Positions 20,127 to 31,009 of a stretch of DNA of 64,000 nt are shown piece after piece. Position 1 is the first letter of the stretch. Every line of letters starts with the position of its first letter. The notes under the pieces were generated by a model, which worked only from the letters and a program-made list of their open reading frames with translations, was not told the origin of the DNA and ran no database searches. Origin of the DNA: a virus; the IMG/VR virus record IMGVR_UViG_3300008267_000003, positions 32,001-96,000 of that record. The stretch is one strand, 5' to 3'. The translations under genes and the position numbers were made by a program.

Positions 20127-23100
20127 ATGGCTAATAAATTACAAATCAAGCGTACGACCATCTCTGGTCGTGCCCCCAACACTACCAACTCTGGTAACAC
20201 ACACTTTATTGATACGGGTGAGCTAGCTCTCAACCTTACCGATGGTAAGATGTTTTCGTCTAATGGTACTGCTCGCTTTGAGGTTGGTGCCAATTTAGCA
20301 AGCCTTTCTGTTGCTGGGAATGCTTCTCTCAACACAGTTACCGCCAATACCTTTTTAGCAGGTGATGGATCAGCTGCAACCCCTAGTATTGCCCTATCAA
20401 ATGATCCAGATACTGGGTTGTATAGATATGCTGGTGATTTTTTGGGTATTTCTACAGGGGGAACTGCTAGAGCTTATTTTAATTCGTCTGGGCTATCGCT
20501 TTTAAGTGGTGGTTATATGTATGTTGGTGGTGGAAGTGAATCGAATCCCTCTTTTGCTTTTACAGATGATACCAATACTGGAATGTACAGAGTAGCGGCA
20601 GATACCCTTGGGTTCGTAACTAATGAGCAGACTAGATTACAGGTTAATAACAGTGTTTTCAATATAAGCAACACTGTAGGGTTAATGGCCAATGGATCGA
20701 CAGGGACAACGGGGCAGGTGCTCACGTCTAATGGTACAGCAACATACTGGTCTACTGTATCTGGTGGTGGTTTTACCAATGGTTCTTCAATCTCAGTAGC
20801 AGATTTAACAATCACTGGAGGCTTGACTGCTAATGGTAGTACGGGTTCAAGTGGTCAGATTCTAGCCTCTAACGGCACATCTCTTTATTGGACCACCCAG
20901 TCATCAGGTTCAGGTGCTTTTGTATCTAGAACCTACACAGGTACAGGTGCTTGTACTCAGTTTACGGTCACAGACGGAGTTTCAAATAATAGTCTGCTTG
21001 TGATGGAAAATGGTATTGTCCAAACTCCTAGTACAGATTATTCCGTATCTGGAACAACACTTACATTCACTGCTGCTCCAGCTAGTAGTGTAAACATACA
21101 AATAAGAGAGCTTGCAGTAGTTGCAACCTTAGATTCAGCAACCAGCTATGCGGCAAACAACTTAACAGCTGTATCTACAATCACAGTTGGTAATAGTACA
21201 GTTAATTCAGTAATTAATAGTACATCAATCTCAGCAAACATCGGTAATTTCACTGGCACAGTTTCCTATACATTAACCGGTACTTCTACAACTGGTGGTG
21301 CACAGATTTATCTTAACGGTGCCACACAGAACCGTATTGATTTTAACACAAATGGTGTGGCTGCACCAACATATACTACGCGTAGTGCAGGCACCAAAGT
21401 AGCACTATATCCAGCTATAAGCGGCAGTTCAGTTGACTATGCACTTGGTGTTGATACTGGTGCATTGTGGACTAGTATTCCTGGTAATGACGCTGGCCAA
21501 TTCTTCAAATGGTACGGTGGCGAAACACAAGTAGGGTCTTTGAGTGGCACAGGGATGATGAACATTATTGGTGCAGTTAATGCAGCTAGCCATACGGTTG
21601 GATCCAATTTCATAGCCAATTCATCTCAACTTACCCTGACCGGTATACCATTATCTGCAAATGGATCTACTGGAACTGCAGGACAATTATTATATTCAAA
21701 CGGGACCACTGGATCGCCGTATTGGGCTGCCGACAACTCTAGTACTGCATATTCAAACGCTACTGCTTATTCAAGTAACGCTACTAATATATCATCTGGA
21801 ACAATCTCACCAGCAAGACTACCACAGGCAAATACTACATCTAACGGTGCAGTTATTATTCTTGATAGTGTATCAAATACCTCTATATCTATTTACGCAG
21901 CTTCAGCAAACAGTGTCAAGACAGCATACGATGCTGCTATAAATGCTAACACAGCTGCATCGGACGCATATACCAATGCAACATTGTACAGTAGTAACGC
22001 TACTAATATATCATCTGGAACCCTTAACACTGGTAGACTACCAGGTACAATAAGTATATCTACTGCATTTTCAGTAGGTAATTCTACAGTCAATACTGCT
22101 ATCACACCGGTATCCATTGATACTGACGGTACTCTCAGTGTTCTTGGAGTAGCTACATTTAGCAACACTGTTCAGATGTCCAACAACATCATTGCTAATG
22201 TGGCTGATCCAATTGATCCAAGAGATGCTGTTAACAAGCAGTATGTTGATACATTCATTGAGGGTTTACATATTCACGCTTCAGTTGAAGCTGCAACCAC
22301 AGATACGCTTGCCGTAATTACAGGTGGCACAGTAACATACAATAATGGAACTTCTGGTGTTGGTGCTACATTGACACTGTCCGTCGCATTAACAACTCTG
22401 GATGGGTACAGCTTACTGCCAGGAAATCGTATACTTGTAAAAAATGAAGCCAACACAGCTCATAATGGCATATATGAAAGAACAAGTAGTACTGTTTTAA
22501 CTAGAGCACAAGACACAGACTCCGGTGTTGAAATAGCTGGTGGTGATTTCACTTTTGTTACCAACGGTACGTTGTATAATAATTCTGGTTGGGTTCAGAC
22601 AGAATCAGTAACTACGGTTGGTACAGATGCTATATTATATACACAGTTTTCTGGTGCTGGCACATACACAGCTGGAAACTATCTCTATCTAAGTGGTTCT
22701 CAGTTTAATGCAAATGCTACAAGTTCAAGTACTGCATCAGTATTAATAGCAAGAGATAGTGAAGGAAACTTTGCAGCAAACACTGCTAATCTAATTACTC
22801 TTAGTTCTGGAGTTATTGGTGCATCTTCAAACGGATTAATAGCTAATTCTACAATAATTACTGTTGGTAATACATCTGTAAATGTTGCTATAACTACAGG
22901 TGGTATCACCTCTTCGGGTGGATCTGGTGTTAACCCTTCATCAAATACAATTGGTACTGCGCTTGGCACAACATCCCAGCGTTGGGTTATAACAGCAAAC
23001 TCGATTACAACGTCAGGTTCTGGCACTATTGGCACAACTCTTGATGCCGGTAACACAACAATCGCTGGGTTTGCTAACGTTACTGGTACCATTCAAGGTG

Positions 23101-23624
23101 GTTCTAGTTTAACTATTGCTGGTGCTGCATCTGGTATAACCACACTAGCAGCTGGTAATACAACTATTACTGGTTTTGTGAATGCCACGTCTACAGTAAC
23201 ATCTAATACCGTATCGCTAAGAGGTAGCTCTGGTTCATTTGCTGCTACACTTAACCCTACAACACTAACAGCAAGTAGGACAGTAACGATACCCGATGAA
23301 ACTTTTACTATAGGTTTCAGAAACATTCCTCCTGTTGGAACCAAGACTTCAAGTTATACTCTGACCACATCAGATGTTGGTAAGTATGTGCAGATTGGAT
23401 CGGGTGGATCAATAGTAATACCTGATGCAACATTTACTGAGGGTGATGCAATAAATATCTTTAACAACACTTCTGGATCTATTACTATAACGTGTTCAAT
23501 AACGACAGCCTATATTGCAGGAGCAGATACTGATGTTGCTTCTGTCACTCTTGCTACAAGAGGTATGGCTACAATCCTATTCATAAGTTCAACTGTTTGC
23601 GTTATAGCGGGTAACATAACATAA
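20127..23624 (+). CDS. Long mosaic tail fibre protein
   Basis: ATG at 20127 after GAGG. 'LQIKRT...GELALNLTDGKMF' N-terminus and several fibre modules ('DPIDPRDAVNKQYVD', 'RILVKNEA...NGIY'). Confidence 0.8.
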   Translation: MANKLQIKRTTISGRAPNTTNSGNTHFIDTGELALNLTDGKMFSSNGTARFEVGANLASLSVAGNASLNTVTANTFLAGDGSAATPSIALSNDPDTGLYRYAGDFLGISTGGTARAYFNSSGLSLLSGGYMYVGGGSESNPSFAFTDDTNTGMYRVAADTLGFVTNEQTRLQVNNSVFNISNTVGLMANGSTGTTGQVLTSNGTATYWSTVSGGGFTNGSSISVADLTITGGLTANGSTGSSGQILASNGTSLYWTTQSSGSGAFVSRTYTGTGACTQFTVTDGVSNNSLLVMENGIVQTPSTDYSVSGTTLTFTAAPASSVNIQIRELAVVATLDSATSYAANNLTAVSTITVGNSTVNSVINSTSISANIGNFTGTVSYTLTGTSTTGGAQIYLNGATQNRIDFNTNGVAAPTYTTRSAGTKVALYPAISGSSVDYALGVDTGALWTSIPGNDAGQFFKWYGGETQVGSLSGTGMMNIIGAVNAASHTVGSNFIANSSQLTLTGIPLSANGSTGTAGQLLYSNGTTGSPYWAADNSSTAYSNATAYSSNATNISSGTISPARLPQANTTSNGAVIILDSVSNTSISIYAASANSVKTAYDAAINANTAASDAYTNATLYSSNATNISSGTLNTGRLPGTISISTAFSVGNSTVNTAITPVSIDTDGTLSVLGVATFSNTVQMSNNIIANVADPIDPRDAVNKQYVDTFIEGLHIHASVEAATTDTLAVITGGTVTYNNGTSGVGATLTLSVALTTLDGYSLLPGNRILVKNEANTAHNGIYERTSSTVLTRAQDTDSGVEIAGGDFTFVTNGTLYNNSGWVQTESVTTVGTDAILYTQFSGAGTYTAGNYLYLSGSQFNANATSSSTASVLIARDSEGNFAANTANLITLSSGVIGASSNGLIANSTIITVGNTSVNVAITTGGITSSGGSGVNPSSNTIGTALGTTSQRWVITANSITTSGSGTIGTTLDAGNTTIAGFANVTGTIQGGSSLTIAGAASGITTLAAGNTTITGFVNATSTVTSNTVSLRGSSGSFAATLNPTTLTASRTVTIPDETFTIGFRNIPPVGTKTSSYTLTTSDVGKYVQIGSGGSIVIPDATFTEGDAINIFNNTSGSITITCSITTAYIAGADTDVASVTLATRGMATILFISSTVCVIAGNIT

Positions 23625-24994
23625 TGGCATTGATATTAAAAAATCGTGTAAAGTCTACAACCACAACAACAGGTACAGGAGCAATCACTCTTGGTAGTGC
23701 AGCTACGGGTTACCAAGACTTTTCAGTTATTGAAAACGGTAATCAAACATACTATACTATTAAAAGTGCTACCGAGTGGGAAGTTGGTAAAGGAACATAC
23801 ACAGCGTCTGGTACAACACTCTCTCGAGACGTTGTGTTCAGCTCATCCAATAGTGGTGAGCTAGTTAACTTTAGTGCTGGTACAAAAGATGTCCTATGTG
23901 TATATCCGGCAGCAGCTATGCCTGGTGGTGTTCCATATGCGGATGACAATGATGTTGGAACAGATCTTTCCGGTTGGACAATGTTTAAAGCTGCTTTGAA
24001 TAACGGAGTTGCTGGAGATGTAGCTTTCAATAATAACAATGCAGGTGGTATAGTATCAACGTATTCGTTGGTGTATACTGCTCCTGTAGCGTATACTGGC
24101 GGAGTACTAGCACCCAATGGCGATATTCACTTTATACCCGATAATGCAGTTCGAGGTCAGAAGGTAAACTATTTAACGGGTGTAGTATCCACTTATTCAT
24201 TGGTATACACCGGTGCAGCTTACTTTGGTGGGGTGTTAGCACCTAACGGTGATATTCACTTTGTTCCATATACCGCTAATAGAGGTCAGAAAGTATCAGC
24301 TTCTGGTTTGGTTAGTACATACTCACTGGTATTTACTACCAACACCGCATATTATGGTGGAGTACTAGCACAAAATGGAGATATTCATTTTATCCCATAC
24401 AGTGCTACCAGAGGTCAGAAAGTATCGGCTACTGGTGTGGTTTCAACATACTCACTGGTGTATACTACATCTGCAGCATATGCGGGTGGTGTTCTAGCGC
24501 CCAATGGTGACATTTATTTTGTTCCTCGTGCAGCGAGAGTAGGACAAAAAGTATCTTCTGCTGGTGTCGTTTCAACATATTCGCTTATATATACCACAAC
24601 CCAAGCGTATGTGGGCGGAGTATTATCACTTAACGGAGATGTTGTTTTTATCAGATCCAATGCTGCCGTAGGTCAGAAGGTAAGTATCAACGGTGTTGTG
24701 TCTACGTACTCACACAATCTTTCAGCAACTCCAGGATCCGCTGTGCTGGCACCTAATGGAGATGTGTTTCTTATACCTCAGACTGGTGCAGGAAGTAGAG
24801 TGTCTGCTACTGGTACTGTTTCAACTTACTCTTTAGTATCTACGTCAGGTTCTTATTTTGGTGGAGTACTGGCACCTAATGGTGATATTTATTTTGTTCC
24901 AGCTAGCGCACCTGTAGGTCAAAAAATATCTACAAATTCTGGCAACCCATTAGGAATTGGTGTTTGCTTGAGTCCTTTTTTAAACAAATTATAA
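23624..24994 (+). CDS. Fibre-associated protein with seven 43-aa repeats (putative beta-propeller), paralogue 1
   Basis: Repeat 'GVVSTYSLVYT..AY.GGVLAPNGDIHFVP..A.RGQKVS'. Confidence 0.75.
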   Translation: MALILKNRVKSTTTTTGTGAITLGSAATGYQDFSVIENGNQTYYTIKSATEWEVGKGTYTASGTTLSRDVVFSSSNSGELVNFSAGTKDVLCVYPAAAMPGGVPYADDNDVGTDLSGWTMFKAALNNGVAGDVAFNNNNAGGIVSTYSLVYTAPVAYTGGVLAPNGDIHFIPDNAVRGQKVNYLTGVVSTYSLVYTGAAYFGGVLAPNGDIHFVPYTANRGQKVSASGLVSTYSLVFTTNTAYYGGVLAQNGDIHFIPYSATRGQKVSATGVVSTYSLVYTTSAAYAGGVLAPNGDIYFVPRAARVGQKVSSAGVVSTYSLIYTTTQAYVGGVLSLNGDVVFIRSNAAVGQKVSINGVVSTYSHNLSATPGSAVLAPNGDVFLIPQTGAGSRVSATGTVSTYSLVSTSGSYFGGVLAPNGDIYFVPASAPVGQKISTNSGNPLGIGVCLSPFLNKL

Positions 24995-25003
24995 ACAAAA
25001 TCC

Positions 25004-27028
25004 ATGGCATTTAACCCTATAGATAGAGCAAAGGTTACAACCACTACAACAGGAACAGGTAACGTTGTATTGGATTCCGCTGTGTCTGGTTATCAGGATT
25101 TTGCTGGTGTTGGTGATCAAAACCAGACGTACTATACTATTGAAAATGGAACAGAATGGGAAACTGGTATTGGTACCATTAATCGACCAGCATCTAGCTA
25201 TTACTTTAGTAATAATTCAAGTATTCTTGTTCCTGGAAATTCAGCTTTTGATTTTGGTGCTGGTAATTTCACTATTGAATGTTGGATATACCCAGAAAGT
25301 CTTGTCACCCCTTCAACTCAGCTTATTGTTGATGCTTGGAACAATTCACCCACCAGATTTTTATTGAGGATTAATAGCGGAATTTTACAATTCTTTCAAT
25401 TTCCTGGTATCTCACAGAACATAAACTACACTTTACCTGCTGCAAATCAATGGTATCATGTGGCTGCTGTTAGGAATGGAACCACTACAAATCTATATGT
25501 TGATGGTGTCAGTAGAGGCACTCCAGTAACTCCTGGTGCTAATTCTATTACTTCTAGTACTGCATCGTGGAGTATTAGTAGAGTTAGTGCGGAGTTTTTC
25601 CAGGGATATATTTCAAACGTACGAATAGTTAAAGGCACAGCTTTATACACAGCTGGTTTTACACCGCCAACATCTCCCTTATCAGTAGTTTCTGGTACAA
25701 GTATACTCACATGCCAGTCAAGAACTATTGTAGATAACAGTCTCAATTCATTTCAATTAACACGGTCATACCAAAATACTTCCAGTATTCTATTTCCTTC
25801 AACTATTACTCCATCTTTTTCAAGCTATCCAAGTGCTTTAGAAAGAGATATTGTTTTGGATTCTAGTAATGGTGGATCGCTTGTAAATTTCTCAGCAGGA
25901 ACTAAAAACGTATTCATACCTCAACCAGCTGAAAATACTCAGGGTACAACACCAACCGCAGATAATAGTTCAATTGGAACAAATCTAGTTGCATGGAATA
26001 ACTTTCAAAAGAATCTATACAAGAGTATAAACTCCGGAGTCACATTCAAGAACAACAATACTGATGGTATTGTATCAACGTATTCTTTGGTATATGCTAC
26101 CAGTACAGCTTTCCGAGGTGGTGTTCTAGCACCCAACGGTGATATACATCTTGTGCCGTATTTTGCTAATAGAGGACAAAAAGTATCTTCTGCTGGTGTA
26201 GTTTCTACATATTCATTGGTGTATACTTTAGCTACTGGTGCATATGCTGGTGGGGTTTTAGCTCCCAATGGAGAAGTACATTTTGTACCTTATGCGGCAG
26301 TTAGAGGTCAAAAAGTGAGTGCATCTGGAGTAGTGTCAACATACTCACTAGTGTATACCACAACAACTGCCTACACCGGTGGTGCTTTAGCGCCTAATGG
26401 TGACATTCATTTTGTTCCAACCGATGCTGTCAGAGGTCAAAAAGTATCTGCGGCTGGTGTTGTATCTACTTATTCTCTAGTATATACTGCATCTGGTGCT
26501 CATAACGGTGGTGTTCTTGCACCTGATGGTGATATACATTTTATACCAGCAAGTGCAAACAGAGGTCAAAAGATATCATCTAGTGGAGTTGTGTCCACGT
26601 ACTCTCTAGTATATACTACTACTAACGCTTATGCTGGTGGTGTGTTAGCACCTAATGGTGATATACATTTTATTCCACAAAGTGCAAACAGAGGTCAGAA
26701 AATATCAGCTCTTGGTATAGTGTCCACGTACTCTCTAGTATATACTACTACTAACGCTTATGCTGGTGGTGTGTTAGCACCTAATGGTGATATACATTTT
26801 ATTCCACAAAATGCTAATAGGGGTCAGAAAATATCAGCTCTTGGTATAGTGTCAACGTATTCTTTAGTATACACTATATCTAATGGATACATTGGTGGAA
26901 TTCTTCAGTCCGATGGTACTATCTATTTCGTACCTTTATCCGGAGCTGTTGGGCAAAAAATATCTACCTGCCCAGGCATACCTTTTAAATCAGAAACTTG
27001 TCTTTCTCCGTTTTTAAATAAATATTAA
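25004..27028 (+). CDS. Paralogue 2: LamG domain + seven 43-aa repeats
   Basis: Same N-terminus and repeats; 'FTIECWIYP...WYHVAAVR...YISNVRIVKG' LamG insert. Confidence 0.75.
   Translation: MAFNPIDRAKVTTTTTGTGNVVLDSAVSGYQDFAGVGDQNQTYYTIENGTEWETGIGTINRPASSYYFSNNSSILVPGNSAFDFGAGNFTIECWIYPESLVTPSTQLIVDAWNNSPTRFLLRINSGILQFFQFPGISQNINYTLPAANQWYHVAAVRNGTTTNLYVDGVSRGTPVTPGANSITSSTASWSISRVSAEFFQGYISNVRIVKGTALYTAGFTPPTSPLSVVSGTSILTCQSRTIVDNSLNSFQLTRSYQNTSSILFPSTITPSFSSYPSALERDIVLDSSNGGSLVNFSAGTKNVFIPQPAENTQGTTPTADNSSIGTNLVAWNNFQKNLYKSINSGVTFKNNNTDGIVSTYSLVYATSTAFRGGVLAPNGDIHLVPYFANRGQKVSSAGVVSTYSLVYTLATGAYAGGVLAPNGEVHFVPYAAVRGQKVSASGVVSTYSLVYTTTTAYTGGALAPNGDIHFVPTDAVRGQKVSAAGVVSTYSLVYTASGAHNGGVLAPDGDIHFIPASANRGQKISSSGVVSTYSLVYTTTNAYAGGVLAPNGDIHFIPQSANRGQKISALGIVSTYSLVYTTTNAYAGGVLAPNGDIHFIPQNANRGQKISALGIVSTYSLVYTISNGYIGGILQSDGTIYFVPLSGAVGQKISTCPGIPFKSETCLSPFLNKY
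26591..26810 (+). repeat. Exact 91-nt direct repeat with 129-nt period inside the repeat protein
   Basis: 26591-26681 is identical to 26720-26810. Confidence 0.9.
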
Positions 27029-27037
27029 GGATTCAAA

Positions 27038-28930
27038 GTGCCATACGTTGTCAAAGATAGAGTAGCAGTCACATCAACATCTACAGGAACTGGTAACCTA
27101 GCTCTTGGATCTGCTGCATCTGGCTATCAGAGCTTTTCAGTTATTGGTGAAGGTAATCAAACATCGTATAGTATTACTGATGGCACTGATTGGGAGGTTG
27201 GATCGGGTACATACGCAACAGGGTGGAGTAATCAATTTCGTGGAACTGTTAATACTGTCACAGACTTTCTGAGGACTTCTGATAACGCATTGCTGAACCC
27301 GGAAACTAGTGATTTTGTTATGGAGGCCTGGGTGTATATTACCAGTACTACCGGTAATAATCAGGGTATAAACGGTAAGGGAACTGTTGGTACAAATGGA
27401 TATTCATTTTTTGTAACTAACGGATTAGTGCTCAGTTTTACATGGGATGGAACTGGAGGTACAACAATTACAGCCGGTACACTCTCTCTCAACACATGGG
27501 CCCATGTTGCAGTTGTAAGAAATAGCAATGTAATTCGACTATATCTAAACGGAGTCGGGGCTGCATCATCCACTGCTTGTACAACAAATATTACATCTAC
27601 CTCAAATAAGTTCATTGGGTCTGAGCGAAGTCCTAATCCTCTAGTGGGTTACATAAGCAACTATAGGATGACTAAAGGAACCCTTCCATCCGGATATGAT
27701 GCAACATTATCCACTCTCACTGTACCAACATCGCCTTTGACAGATATATCTGGCACCAGCATATTAACTTGCCGAACTGGTGTACTTGAAGATATAAGTT
27801 CTAACAATCTACCTATTTCACGATTTGGACTTGTAACTCCAAACACACTTATTCCGTTTACTGGATTAACTCCTTCTCTATCTAGAGATCAAATATACGA
27901 ATCATCCAATAGTGACAGTGCTGTCAACTGGGGAAGTGGTACTAAAAATGTAATCGTATCGTTTTTAGCAGATAATACAATAGGCAGTGCTCCTAGAGTA
28001 GACGAAACAAACATTTCTTCAGATCTTACTGAGTGGTATAATTTAAAAAAGCAGATGGACAGGGGAGTGGTGAATAGTAATCCTTATGACAATAACGGTA
28101 CTGGTGGAGTAGTATCAACGTATTCTTTAGTTTACACTACCACAAACTCTTATGCAGGTGGAGTTCTTCAACCTAACGGTGATGTTCATTTTGTACCTTA
28201 TGCGGCAGTTAGAGGTCAAAAAGTTAGCTCATCGGGCGTTGTATCAACTTATTCGTTAGTATATACAGCGGCAACAGCTTACTACGGTGGGGTACTTGCA
28301 CCGAATGGTGATGTTCATTTTGTACCTTTTAATACTGATAGAGGACAGAAAGTTTCTTCTACCGGTGTAGTTTCAACGTATTCGTTGGTCCACGCCCCTG
28401 CAAATGCTTATTTGGGTGGTGTTCTTGCTCCTAATGGAGATATTCACTTCATTCCATTTAGTGCCAGTGTAGGTCAAAAGGTATCTGCTGCTGGAACTGT
28501 GTCTACGTATTCCATATTAACCACTGTTTCCAGTGCATATTCTGGTGGTGTCCTTTCACCTAATGGTGATATACATTTTATACCATATTCAACTTCCGTT
28601 GGCCAGAAAATATCAATTGCTGGAGTTGTATCCACTTACTCTTTAGTATATACAGTCACTGCTGCTTATCAAGGAGGTGTTCTTGCTCCTAATGGAGATA
28701 TTTACTTCATTCCATTTAGTGCCAATAGAGGCCAAAAGGTATCTGCTGCTGGTGTTGTATCTACATACTCTTTGGTGTATACTACTTCTAACGCTTACTT
28801 AGGTGGAGTACTAACACCTGATGGCGAGATAATCTTTGTACCTAGAAATGCTATTAGAGGACAATCAATATCCACTGGAGTTGAAACACCAATTGGATAT
28901 TGCTTAGCCCCACATTTTAATAAATTATAA
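27038..28930 (+). CDS. Paralogue 3: LamG domain + six 43-aa repeats
   Basis: Same architecture; GTG start. Confidence 0.75.
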   Translation: MPYVVKDRVAVTSTSTGTGNLALGSAASGYQSFSVIGEGNQTSYSITDGTDWEVGSGTYATGWSNQFRGTVNTVTDFLRTSDNALLNPETSDFVMEAWVYITSTTGNNQGINGKGTVGTNGYSFFVTNGLVLSFTWDGTGGTTITAGTLSLNTWAHVAVVRNSNVIRLYLNGVGAASSTACTTNITSTSNKFIGSERSPNPLVGYISNYRMTKGTLPSGYDATLSTLTVPTSPLTDISGTSILTCRTGVLEDISSNNLPISRFGLVTPNTLIPFTGLTPSLSRDQIYESSNSDSAVNWGSGTKNVIVSFLADNTIGSAPRVDETNISSDLTEWYNLKKQMDRGVVNSNPYDNNGTGGVVSTYSLVYTTTNSYAGGVLQPNGDVHFVPYAAVRGQKVSSSGVVSTYSLVYTAATAYYGGVLAPNGDVHFVPFNTDRGQKVSSTGVVSTYSLVHAPANAYLGGVLAPNGDIHFIPFSASVGQKVSAAGTVSTYSILTTVSSAYSGGVLSPNGDIHFIPYSTSVGQKISIAGVVSTYSLVYTVTAAYQGGVLAPNGDIYFIPFSANRGQKVSAAGVVSTYSLVYTTSNAYLGGVLTPDGEIIFVPRNAIRGQSISTGVETPIGYCLAPHFNKL

Positions 28931-28950
28931 ACTATTTGAAGTGAGGTATT

Positions 28951-30315
28951 ATGTATAATCGAGATAAAATAATTAGTGTGATGCAAGAAATATATGATGA
29001 ATCTAAAACGATTCAGCCTTATGTAATGATTGCACAACCAAGACGAGATTTGAGTGAGACTGCTGCTCAGAACTTTGATGGATATGAAGGCCTCCATGTA
29101 GACCTCATGGGCTTCTCTCATGGTTTCTGTAACATTGGGGGTGAGAAGGTTGATGTTGCAAGAAACTATTTGATTGAACGAGCGTTAGAAAGTGGTGCAA
29201 AATACCTTCTCTTTATTGGTGAAGATACGGTAGTTCCCTATGATGCGTTTAAGAAACTTATGAGAACAGCTGAGCAGAATCCAAATTCGGTTGTTACAGG
29301 TGTTTACTACATTAAGTGTTCTGATGCCATGATCATGGTTCGTGAAGGCAACTGGATCACTATACCAAATGTTGACCCTGGTCAAGTAATTGATGCTTGG
29401 CAAACAGGTATGGACATTATGTTGATACCAATTGAGATTCTTCGTCAGATGAAGGAAGAAGATCCGGAACTTCCGTTCTGTTGCATTGGCACAAATATCA
29501 ACGATGAAATTCCATTTATTGGTGAAGATAATTTCTTCGTTCATAGGTTGCATAAACGTGGAACAAAGTTACTTGTAGACACAGATGTTCAATGTTTGCA
29601 TATGGATTTAGCAACTGGAATGTATACCGCACATCCATCAGTTGACTTGAAAAACTACTATACAAATATCAAGCCAACAAGACCATTAACATTGGACGAC
29701 AAAGACTTTATTGATCGTCGTTGGATAGATAGATTGCCGGAAGGTACTGGGCCATCAAAAGGCTACAAGAGTCTTATTAACCAAATGATGGAAGAAGGGC
29801 AACCTCTCAAGTTTAACATTGGTTGTGGTAGAGACAAAATTCCAGGGTATATTGGTGTTGACAAGTATGATAATTCAGCTGATATTAACGAAGATATCTT
29901 TGAAGTTGATCTTCCGGAAGCGTGTGCAGATGAAATCATGGCTTCTCATTTAATTGAGCATATACCTCACCATAGAGGTCCAGAGTTGCTTAAGAAGTGG
30001 TTTGATGTGTTAAAGCCTGGTGGCAAACTTGTAATGGAATTGCCGGACCTTGAAGGTCTGTGTAGATCTTTCGTTGAAGCAGAGACTGATGATGAGAGGT
30101 ACTGGCTCACCGTGTGTATTTACGGCGTTGCTCATGGTGAAGAAGTACCGTCAGAAGAAGTTAAGAAGTACGGTACAAAGTCACCACACCTGTGGGGATA
30201 CTATCCAAAAGTGTTGAGTGATATATTAACCGAGATTGGATACAAAGACATTCAAATCTTACCTCAGCAGGGTATGCACATAGGTAAGAACTTTAGATTG
30301 GAGGCAGTAAAATGA
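28951..30315 (+). CDS. Glycosyltransferase (GT2-like) - SAM methyltransferase fusion
   Basis: N-half 'DVARN...YLLFIGED...GEDNFF'; C-half 'NIGCGRD...GVD...ASHLIEH...LKPGG'. Confidence 0.7.
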   Translation: MYNRDKIISVMQEIYDESKTIQPYVMIAQPRRDLSETAAQNFDGYEGLHVDLMGFSHGFCNIGGEKVDVARNYLIERALESGAKYLLFIGEDTVVPYDAFKKLMRTAEQNPNSVVTGVYYIKCSDAMIMVREGNWITIPNVDPGQVIDAWQTGMDIMLIPIEILRQMKEEDPELPFCCIGTNINDEIPFIGEDNFFVHRLHKRGTKLLVDTDVQCLHMDLATGMYTAHPSVDLKNYYTNIKPTRPLTLDDKDFIDRRWIDRLPEGTGPSKGYKSLINQMMEEGQPLKFNIGCGRDKIPGYIGVDKYDNSADINEDIFEVDLPEACADEIMASHLIEHIPHHRGPELLKKWFDVLKPGGKLVMELPDLEGLCRSFVEAETDDERYWLTVCIYGVAHGEEVPSEEVKKYGTKSPHLWGYYPKVLSDILTEIGYKDIQILPQQGMHIGKNFRLEAVK

Positions 30316-30743
30316 GTAGTATTTCGCTTGAAGGGTTATCTGGGGTTGCTGGTGATGAACGATCTCTAGCTATTCTTAAAGTCAGTCATAATGATCAGGA
30401 ATATGATTGGTCGGTGTATATTCCAGCAAATGCGGATCTTTCTACTTACTTGAGCTCTATAGAGTCACAGGTTTATTCTGATATCGACTCAAAAGAAGCT
30501 CAGTGGGAAGCATTAAGTCCTAAAACCAGAGAATACACAGATCCTTTCACTAACAATATCGAAACCGTAGAAATTTTAAAAGGTGAAATTGTTAGGCCCG
30601 ATATTCCGGACTATTACGCTCTTCGTAGGGTGGAATATCCTTCTCTTGGGGATCAGCTTGATGCTATGTGGAAGGGTGGAAGTGCTGCTTCCGACATGCA
30701 AGCTAAGATTACTGCAATTAAAACCAAATATCCAAAACCATGA
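30312..30743 (+). CDS. Tail fibre assembly-like protein
   Basis: C-terminal 'RRVEYPSLGDQLDAMW...IKTKYPKP' motif common in phage fibre chaperones. Confidence 0.6.
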   Translation: MSSISLEGLSGVAGDERSLAILKVSHNDQEYDWSVYIPANADLSTYLSSIESQVYSDIDSKEAQWEALSPKTREYTDPFTNNIETVEILKGEIVRPDIPDYYALRRVEYPSLGDQLDAMWKGGSAASDMQAKITAIKTKYPKP

Positions 30744-31009
30744 TACTTAAAAAACAGCATGCTAATAAATTGATAAATATAGAAAGCTCACCTGAAGTAG
30801 AGATTGCTTCAGGTGAATTTGACGCTGGTGATGTATTAATTTTATTTAACAACAGCGAATTTTTACTGAAGATTAACTCTCACATAAAAAATACTTATAG
30901 ATCCGGAACACATAACTCGGTCAAAGAAATGCGCTTTCTTCCAAGATGTTTAATAAATGCGGCTTTCATAGACTCTGAAACTGTAGTATTTTCTGGAGGC
31001 TCATCATGA
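30740..31009 (+). CDS. Stand-alone homologue of the C-terminal domain of the 20127 fibre
   Basis: 'FDAGDVLILFNN...TYRSG...AFIDSETVVFSG' aligns with 'FTEGDAINIFNN...AYIAG...LFISSTVCVIAG'. Confidence 0.6.
   Translation: MILKKQHANKLINIESSPEVEIASGEFDAGDVLILFNNSEFLLKINSHIKNTYRSGTHNSVKEMRFLPRCLINAAFIDSETVVFSGGSS

Noticed and set aside
24040-28870. CRISPR array or DGR template/variable repeats
   Set aside because: The repeats are in-frame 129-nt coding units with synonymous divergence. There are no spacers, no adenine-specific mutation pattern and no reverse transcriptase in the window.
1419-29553. Many minus-strand and alternate-frame ORFs in the fibre region
   Set aside because: Antisense or frame shadows of low-complexity + strand genes.
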